Virus record (IMG/VR): IMGVR_UViG_3300035135_000026
Coordinates: 1 to 30,796 of that record
Direction: 5' to 3' (one strand)
From: a virus
Lineage: Duplodnaviria > Caudoviricetes
Length of the DNA stretch: 30,796 bases
Part shown: positions 24,697 to 30,796 of the stretch, piece after piece
How the letters are laid out: each line of letters begins with the position of its first letter
Numbering within the stretch: position 1 is the first letter of the stretch
Notes under the pieces: model-generated
Told to the model about the DNA's origin: nothing
Seen by the model: the letters and a program-made list of their open reading frames with translations, nothing else
The model's database searches: none
Position numbers and translations under genes: made by a program

Positions 24697-27174
24697 TTAT
24701 CCCCTACGCATCGCCAACTCACGCTGGGTCTGGATGCGTTCCCTGTTCACATCTGCCCTATCTTCCGCGATCTCCTCTTGGAGTTCGATTCGCGCTGCGT
24801 CAGTCATGGCTCTCTGCTGGAGCTTCTGGCGTTCCAACTCAAGTTCTGCCGCGTCCTGCGCCGCTCTGCGCTCGGACTCGTTAGCCTTGATAGCAAGCTC
24901 TTGCTGCCGGATTGCTACAAGAGGATCTTGTTGGCCTGCCGGCGGTGCAAGCATCTGAATGATTTCTTGGGTAAACTGTGCTTCTAGTCTTGCAACCTCG
25001 GCCTCAACCATGTCCTCACTCATCGCAGATGCTGCTTGCATTTGTTGTTGCGCCATCATGGGGTCTACTGCCCCCATCTGAGCGGCCAATGCCATTTGCT
25101 GCGCCTGCGCCTGCTGTTCTTGGACTTGAGCCATCACAGTCAAACGTGCCTTCATGGATACATGATCCTGAAGGTGCCCCATGAATATAGCATAAATGTT
25201 GGGCGATGTAGAGACCAACGGCAACTTCATGAACGTGATATGCGCCATGATATGAGCGTCGTGGTCCTGTTGTTGGAAGGCTGTCAGGAGTTCTCCCTGC
25301 ATTCCCTTGGCATTCTCAATGCTGGGACTCGTAGGCTTTGGCTCCTTCTTGGCCGGCAGAATCTCATCAATGTTCTGCACTTCCAGCGCCTGATACATAC
25401 GCTTGTATGCTTCATGGAGATTGTGGATCTGCGGGTTCGACTGCGCCAACTGAAGCTGTGTCTGCGCTAGTGTTACCCGTTGTGACATCGAGAAGATGTT
25501 TGGATCCGATACTGGGATCACATCCACGCGACCATCAAAGTCCTGTGCTTTGATCTCTGAGGGTGCTCCGGCTACCTCATAGGGATACACAGGTGGGAGA
25601 TTTTCTGCGAAGATTCTAGCGAGGAGCCGGAACTCTGTTTTCTGGGCATAATGCAGGCGCTTATGAATGGCCGACATGACCTTCATACCGCGCTCAAGCA
25701 GTGCCACAGTTGTCCCTACGGGCATGTCTCCGCTCTTGGCACCGTCACCAATCTGCTGATCGGCGATAGACACAAAGCGACGACCACCCTCAATCAAAGA
25801 GGCCAGCAACTGCGCTAGCGTGCCAGACGGCTCCTTGAATGGAAGCGGAATGATAGAGTTACGAATGTCACCACCAGGCGCATCAATGTCTCTGAACTCA
25901 CCAGGACTCAGCGGCTCGTCGTCGTTACGGATGCGAATGCCCCGCGCCTTGAAACCGGACGGCAGGTTTGCCAACGTGCCGGAATCAATCAACTGACGAA
26001 GAATGCTGGTCGCGGCGCGACCCAACCCACCGATCATGTGAATCAGACCGAAGCCATAGAAACCCAGACCGGGTAGGAATTTGTAGTGAACGAAATACTG
26101 GCGCTTGCGCTTCAGCGAATCTTCTTGGTCATAGTTACGAGTGATGGACAGAATCTCGCCTGACCCATGATCAATCGTAACGACATACGGCAGCTTGATT
26201 TCGGTAGGTTGACCGTCAGCGCCTATGTCCTCAAAACCCTCTAGATCCAGATCGACATGCATCTCCAGAACGGTGTGAATGTCGTCCGTGTATCCTTTGC
26301 TCAGACCCTCAAGTTCATCGACCTTGTCGCGAACCTGATCGTCTACATTGTCATCTACCGTTACCTCTACATCCTTGTAGATGCCTGCAACCTGCATCTT
26401 GCGAAGCTGGTTGCCATCCATACGCAGAACGTGAGTCACACGAGGTGCTGTGTTCAGATCGGTGGCAGAGTACGACACAACCAGATCTTCGGCAGGCACA
26501 AACGCCGACACCGCACGAGCCTTGGTCGGATCAAAGTAAACCTTCTTGAAGGTCGAACCGGACAGCGGCAGATAGAACAGCATCTGATCCGTGTCAGGAT
26601 CAAACTCCTCCATAACCTCAGTGACCTGATAGTTCATGAAGTTCTTCACGCGGCTGGCCTGCGCTTCCTTCTCCATGGTCTTGGAGCCAAGCACCTGCGT
26701 CTTTACAGGACCACCGGCAGGCAGAAGTTCCTTATAGGCTTGCGCTTGGAACTGCGTGACAGATTCGGCAATCAGAGGATGTGTTACGCCAGATGCACCC
26801 TCGAATGGCTGGGTGCGCTCTTGATACTTGATACCAAGAAGATCCAGACCCTTGGTGTACGCCTCTTCCCAATCCTCGCGAGACTCCATGTCTTCTTCGT
26901 ACAAACTACGAAGTTCGCTGGATATCTCACCCAAAACATCATCATCAATGATCTCGGCGAGATTCGCCATGTGATCATATTGCTCGGTCTCTACCTCAAG
27001 ACCGTCAGGCACACCGCCCATGAGAGCCTGCACAATTGCACTGCCGTCAGGCTGTTGAACGACCTCCGCGCCTCCAGCAAAGTCTGGAGCCTGCGGGATC
27101 TCTACTTCCATGCCCTGCGGCGCTTCAATGCCAGAGTCTGTCAAACTGCCCATCGGGCGTGGAGGTAGTGCCAT
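24697..27174 (-). CDS. Portal protein (P22-like, long C-terminal helical barrel)
   Basis: 825 aa directly after TerL. SR.DWE..Y.KGLDLLG, HPLIAE.VTQFQA, LPLSGSTFKKVY, RQLID.GTLANLP.G, PVGTTVALLE, and a Q-rich coiled C-terminus. Confidence 0.9.
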   Translation of the reverse strand: MALPPRPMGSLTDSGIEAPQGMEVEIPQAPDFAGGAEVVQQPDGSAIVQALMGGVPDGLEVETEQYDHMANLAEIIDDDVLGEISSELRSLYEEDMESREDWEEAYTKGLDLLGIKYQERTQPFEGASGVTHPLIAESVTQFQAQAYKELLPAGGPVKTQVLGSKTMEKEAQASRVKNFMNYQVTEVMEEFDPDTDQMLFYLPLSGSTFKKVYFDPTKARAVSAFVPAEDLVVSYSATDLNTAPRVTHVLRMDGNQLRKMQVAGIYKDVEVTVDDNVDDQVRDKVDELEGLSKGYTDDIHTVLEMHVDLDLEGFEDIGADGQPTEIKLPYVVTIDHGSGEILSITRNYDQEDSLKRKRQYFVHYKFLPGLGFYGFGLIHMIGGLGRAATSILRQLIDSGTLANLPSGFKARGIRIRNDDEPLSPGEFRDIDAPGGDIRNSIIPLPFKEPSGTLAQLLASLIEGGRRFVSIADQQIGDGAKSGDMPVGTTVALLERGMKVMSAIHKRLHYAQKTEFRLLARIFAENLPPVYPYEVAGAPSEIKAQDFDGRVDVIPVSDPNIFSMSQRVTLAQTQLQLAQSNPQIHNLHEAYKRMYQALEVQNIDEILPAKKEPKPTSPSIENAKGMQGELLTAFQQQDHDAHIMAHITFMKLPLVSTSPNIYAIFMGHLQDHVSMKARLTVMAQVQEQQAQAQQMALAAQMGAVDPMMAQQQMQAASAMSEDMVEAEVARLEAQFTQEIIQMLAPPAGQQDPLVAIRQQELAIKANESERRAAQDAAELELERQKLQQRAMTDAARIELQEEIAEDRADVNRERIQTQRELAMRRG

Positions 27175-27341
27175 TAGAATATCCCCTTAAAGGTGCCGCG
27201 TCGTTGAACATGTACCACGCCACCTTCAGCTTTCTTTACCGGCTTCTCAGGCTCAACAACTAGAGGCTTACTAAGCTCCTTAATATACTTATCAAGCTCC
27301 TTGTAACTCATCTTGGTAATGTCAGCTTTTTTCTTACCCAT
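27174..27341 (-). CDS. Small protein between terminase and portal (55 aa)
   Basis: Not in the track. Hand translation: MGKKKADITKMSYKELDKYIKELSKPLVVEPEKPVKKAEGGVVHVQRRGTFKGIF. TGATG and TAATG overlaps on the two sides. Confidence 0.75.
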   Translation of the reverse strand: MGKKKADITKMSYKELDKYIKELSKPLVVEPEKPVKKAEGGVVHVQRRGTFKGIF

Positions 27342-28807
27342 CAGTAATACTCCCGCTTCCTTGGATACCAGTCGGAGTTATCGTTCTCGCCCTCAAGCTC
27401 GATGAACCCGCCCTGCCGGAAACGAATCAAAGCCATCGTCATGCTATCGACAAAGTCGTCATGCTCCCCGTGCGGGAACGCAAGACACTCCTCAATAACT
27501 TCCTCCGAGAACTTCTGTTCCGGTGCCCACACCATCCCCGCCTCAAACAGCGGAGCCACCGTGTGCATACGGGTGATCTTATCACGGCCTTTGCTTGGTG
27601 TATAGTTCATGACCGGAATGCCGGCAGCGCGTAGCTCGTCCGTCAATGGCTGGCCCGACGCCTTCGCCTCAATAATAACCATATCAGGTTCCCAATACTC
27701 GTACTCTTCTCCTGCCACCTCTTTAAGTTCAGGGAAGTTCCAACGACCACGACGAGCATCCATAAGAATGATATTATCGGCACCGGTATTTTCATTCTCA
27801 AACACCCCCCATGTCGTAATGGCAGAGAAGTCAGCCGTCTCTTTCTTGCTGAAAGCCGTGTCATACGCCTGAATGATGTATTTCACAGGCGGGATATCCT
27901 TCTTCTCCCACCTCTGCCACCACTCCTTCTTGACGATGGCGCCCTCTTCGGCAGTAGGATTCTGTTGCCACTGCGCGTTCCACTTGGCTACGGGCAGGGA
28001 TGCCTTGACCTTGATCAGATCGTCCCTGTTCCAGAACTCAGGCCAGAGCGGTTTGTCGGACGGAAGTATGGCGGGGAACTCCACAACCTCCCATTCGTCC
28101 GCCATCTGGTCAGAACCCTGCATCTTGAGCACCTGACCGGTCAAATCCTTCTGACCCCAGCGCGTCATGACGATGATTATCGCCCCACCCGGCTGCAAAC
28201 GCTGTCTTGGACCGGATGTGTACCACTCAAAGGCGTGATCGAAGGCCGTACTGGACAATGCGTCCTGCTCCGAGTGCGGATCGTCAATAATCAACAGATC
28301 TGCACCGCGTCCAGTCATTGCAGCGCCCACTCCGGCGGCAAAATACTCGCCTCCAGCCGAAGTTCCCCACCTTCCGGCGGCTTTATCGTCCGCTTTTAGG
28401 CCCGTATCGGGGAAAATGGTGTGAAAATCGGGCGTGTCGATCAAATCACGCACTTTTCTGCCGAATCTGACCGCCAATTCGGTGTTATGCGTGGCCTGAA
28501 TGATCTTTAGCTTCGGATTCCGCCCCAAAAACCACGCTGGCATCAGATATGAGGCAAATTCTGACTTAGAATGACGCGGCGGCATGTTCACAATGAGCCG
28601 TTTCAGCTTACCCTGCGCCACTTTTTCCAGCTTTTCCGCAATAATCCGGTGATGACGGCCCTCGATGAAGCCGTCATACACATGATGCACGAATGGCATG
28701 AACTGATCGCGTGCCTTTTCGCGTATACTGAGCCGGACTTGCTGGTTCTGAAGAGCATATATCTCCTTCAGAACCTCTTCAGGAACCGTATCAAACTTGT
28801 CGGCCAA
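27341..28807 (-). CDS. terL: Terminase large subunit
   Basis: LIVNMPPRHSKS (Walker A variant), LLIIDDP (Walker B), MTRW, nuclease YDTA, IEAKASG, HDDFVDS. Start placed at the TTG at 28807 after CAGGAG. Confidence 0.95.
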   Translation of the reverse strand: MADKFDTVPEEVLKEIYALQNQQVRLSIREKARDQFMPFVHHVYDGFIEGRHHRIIAEKLEKVAQGKLKRLIVNMPPRHSKSEFASYLMPAWFLGRNPKLKIIQATHNTELAVRFGRKVRDLIDTPDFHTIFPDTGLKADDKAAGRWGTSAGGEYFAAGVGAAMTGRGADLLIIDDPHSEQDALSSTAFDHAFEWYTSGPRQRLQPGGAIIIVMTRWGQKDLTGQVLKMQGSDQMADEWEVVEFPAILPSDKPLWPEFWNRDDLIKVKASLPVAKWNAQWQQNPTAEEGAIVKKEWWQRWEKKDIPPVKYIIQAYDTAFSKKETADFSAITTWGVFENENTGADNIILMDARRGRWNFPELKEVAGEEYEYWEPDMVIIEAKASGQPLTDELRAAGIPVMNYTPSKGRDKITRMHTVAPLFEAGMVWAPEQKFSEEVIEECLAFPHGEHDDFVDSMTMALIRFRQGGFIELEGENDNSDWYPRKREYY

Positions 28808-30509
28808 GAGCCGCTCCTGTCGGCGACAGACCCTGTATGCCCTGCGGCACGTTAGGACGGAGCACAAACGGATTTATCTGCCCAACCTGTGTCGCTTGGG
28901 TCACAGGTTGGAAAGATGTCGGGAAACCACCGGACGGGAAGAACTGGAACCCAGAGCCGGGAGGCGCAGTCGTCACATCATCTACAGGCTGACAGACCCC
29001 ATTGACCAACTGGTAACCTGGAGGACACGGATCCTGTGGCGATTTTGCAACATTCGTGGTCATCGCTCCATCGTCACCCGTCTGTGCCGGCGGGTTGACC
29101 AGATTTCCAAACGGTCCTGTATAGTCGGGATTCGGCATTCCAGAATAGGTAACCGTACCAGAGTCCGACATACGAAGAGTCCCGCGCCCTGTATCAAGCT
29201 CCAGCTTGCCAGTCTCCTGATTGAACTGTGCCCCAGCTTCCATCATGTCCCGCACGTTGTTGCGGTTCGCTTCCACCGGATCGAGACCAGGAAGGAAGGA
29301 CATGAGGTCCGTCAGGAAGTTGCCCTCTGTCGCGCTACTAACAAAGTCACCCATCTGACGCGCGTCACTGAACCCTTGCATCTGACCATCAAGACCAGTC
29401 TTGCCGCCAGCATACCTAGGCACACCAAAGATGTCGGCGTCATACGCAGGATCATCCTCGTAGCCGCCATACAATCCAGCACTCGTCGTGGCGCCAGACA
29501 CATCCATAGGTGCCGTGCCCGTCTGAAGCAGAGGATTAACTAGATTGCCCCCAGCATCAGGTTGTGGATTACGAGCCAAGAAGTCAGAAGCAGGAGCCGT
29601 GGTTCCTGTGCCACCAAATAACTCATTCGCTCCGCCCATGCTTCGACCAATAGGCCGCTGTTGCCTCCGATCAGCAGGTGGCGGCACGGGAAGCGTCATC
29701 GGTGCTGGTCGGAGACTCGGATTAAGTAAGTAATCACCCTCTCGATCATCCATATCAAACTCAGGAATTGAGCCTTGCAAAACAGCCGCCGCAGTGGCGG
29801 CTTCGGGCAAGGTGGTGATGCCTAACATGTTATTGACCGCATTCAGCGCCTGCTGCTGTTGAGCCTGACGCTGTCTTTCAGCCTCTTGCCCCGCTGCTGG
29901 GTCAAGACCTGCCTCAGAGAACATGTTAACGAGGTTTCTCTCTTCTGCGACGGTCAATGGCGCGGTGGGATCAGGAACTCGTGATCTCAACGCCGCAGCT
30001 TCAGGATCAGCTAGAGAGGCTTGCGGACCAAGGTCCAAAGATGTGAGCAAGTTCTGATCCATCGACGGCTGAGTCACATCACCGATGTTAGCCAGAGCTG
30101 CACCCGCAGGAGGAGCACTAGCCTGAATCCGCTCAAACTCCGCTGTGTCCTCAATAGCCTCCTGCGCCGCCTGATTAATGGCGTTCTGACCACTCTTAGT
30201 CAGATTGCCACTGCGGTTCACGAACCCAGGATCGTAACTTTCAAGGACATTGCTTACCGCAGCTTGCTGGGCAGTCTCATTGCCACCCGATGCCTTGGTC
30301 TTATTCGCCGCCGCTACAGCCGCAGAAGTCTGCTGACTCGTGGCACCCTGAAGAGCGTCATAGTTGCTGCCCTTGCCACCCTGTCCATCCGTGTAACCAA
30401 TCTGCTGGTCCTGAGATGTGCTGCCAGTCTTCGATACGCCGTCTACACCAAATACGGTGCCCTGCGGCTCGTCGTTGCCGCCGCCGCCGCTATCAGAGGA
30501 TTCACCCAT
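28791..30509 (-). CDS. 572-aa acidic, G/P/Q-rich, probably disordered protein with a C-terminal CPPGY...C motif
   Basis: Long ORF with a GGAG RBS; overlaps both neighbours; few lysines; DPCPPGYQLVNGVCQP. Confidence 0.75.
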   Translation of the reverse strand: MGESSDSGGGGNDEPQGTVFGVDGVSKTGSTSQDQQIGYTDGQGGKGSNYDALQGATSQQTSAAVAAANKTKASGGNETAQQAAVSNVLESYDPGFVNRSGNLTKSGQNAINQAAQEAIEDTAEFERIQASAPPAGAALANIGDVTQPSMDQNLLTSLDLGPQASLADPEAAALRSRVPDPTAPLTVAEERNLVNMFSEAGLDPAAGQEAERQRQAQQQQALNAVNNMLGITTLPEAATAAAVLQGSIPEFDMDDREGDYLLNPSLRPAPMTLPVPPPADRRQQRPIGRSMGGANELFGGTGTTAPASDFLARNPQPDAGGNLVNPLLQTGTAPMDVSGATTSAGLYGGYEDDPAYDADIFGVPRYAGGKTGLDGQMQGFSDARQMGDFVSSATEGNFLTDLMSFLPGLDPVEANRNNVRDMMEAGAQFNQETGKLELDTGRGTLRMSDSGTVTYSGMPNPDYTGPFGNLVNPPAQTGDDGAMTTNVAKSPQDPCPPGYQLVNGVCQPVDDVTTAPPGSGFQFFPSGGFPTSFQPVTQATQVGQINPFVLRPNVPQGIQGLSPTGAALGRQV

Positions 30510-30795
30510 GCTTCAATCTCCAAGCATTGCCCTGCCTGCCGTCAGGACGTTTCCAGTACGCCACATCATGATCCGTGACATCACTCAAGAATCGGCGCAT
30601 GTCTCTCGCAATATACAATACACTATCCACCGCAACCATGTCCATGACCCACAACTGGTCGCCAGAAGACCGCGAAAACACCTCACGGCCACTATACTCC
30701 CGCGTCTCAGCCTCCTCAAAAGTCATGTAACACCAAGTCGCAAAACCAATCAGCGAACCTTCCCGCATCCAATATCGAACCTTCCCATGCTCAAT
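30502..30795 (-). CDS. HlyC-like toxin-activating lysine acyltransferase, 5' end outside the window
   Basis: The frame stays open past the track start to the window edge: IEHGKVRYWMREGSLIGFATWCYMTFEE...SSGDQLWVMDMVA...MRRFL...AYWKR. This aligns by eye with the HlyC pattern AI...QY.L.....PVAYCSWA.L..E...W.SGDR.WFIDWIAP. Confidence 0.7.
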   Translation of the reverse strand: MEHGKVRYWMREGSLIGFATWCYMTFEEAETREYSGREVFSRSSGDQLWVMDMVAVDSVLYIARDMRRFLSDVTDHDVAYWKRPDGRQGNAWRLKHG

Positions 30796-30796
30796 C

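Noticed and set aside
26257-27168. 303-aa plus-strand ORF and the other long plus-strand ORFs (for example 28797..29543, 1166..1723, 12164..12790)
   Set aside because: They are antisense shadows of well-supported minus-strand genes, with no recognisable motifs or RBS context.
28791-30509. 572-aa protein as terminase small subunit or a true RTX toxin
   Set aside because: It is too long and low-complexity for TerS with no helix-turn-helix-like segment, and it has no tandem GGxGxDxLx nonapeptides, only one degenerate match.
30754-30786. 11-bp direct repeat cgaaccttccc, 22 bp apart
   Set aside because: Only two short copies inside a coding region at the window edge; this cannot be distinguished from chance.
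1-30796. tRNA/rRNA genes, introns, inteins, transposases or stop-codon recoding
   Set aside because: There is no intergenic space or cloverleaf apart from 19121..19319, TerL, portal and capsid are uninterrupted, and TAA, TAG and TGA all serve as stops at coupled gene junctions.

Overview
The window is the virion-morphogenesis arm of a tailed dsDNA phage, probably podovirus-like and resembling marine phages of alphaproteobacteria (an inference; the host cannot be read from the sequence). Essentially all credible genes lie on the minus strand and are tightly coupled by TAATG, TGATG or ATGA overlaps. In transcription order (right to left) they encode: a truncated HlyC-like toxin-activating lysine acyltransferase, a 572-aa low-complexity protein, terminase large subunit, P22-like portal, membrane and holin-like genes, a GroES homologue, scaffold, decoration protein, major capsid, a structured non-coding interval, a cluster of small very basic proteins, two adaptor-like proteins, an 864-aa 22-aa-repeat protein, a modular fibre/adhesin island, a split tail-nozzle-like gene and internal virion (ejection) proteins. 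Five signals stand out. (1) The HlyC-like acyltransferase is coupled to a candidate substrate just upstream of TerL. (2) A duplicated four-gene adhesin module carries four 'HGDLA' paralogues bounded by identical short nucleotide anchors. (3) Two tandem units after the capsid gene each combine an anti-Shine-Dalgarno-loop hairpin, a terminator and an embedded promoter. (4) An xxxGGxV peptide motif is shared by several unrelated proteins. (5) The nozzle-like gene is split by a repeat module borrowed from the 864-aa protein. Five real-looking ORFs absent from the supplied track were translated by hand. All product calls come from motif recognition, not database searches.
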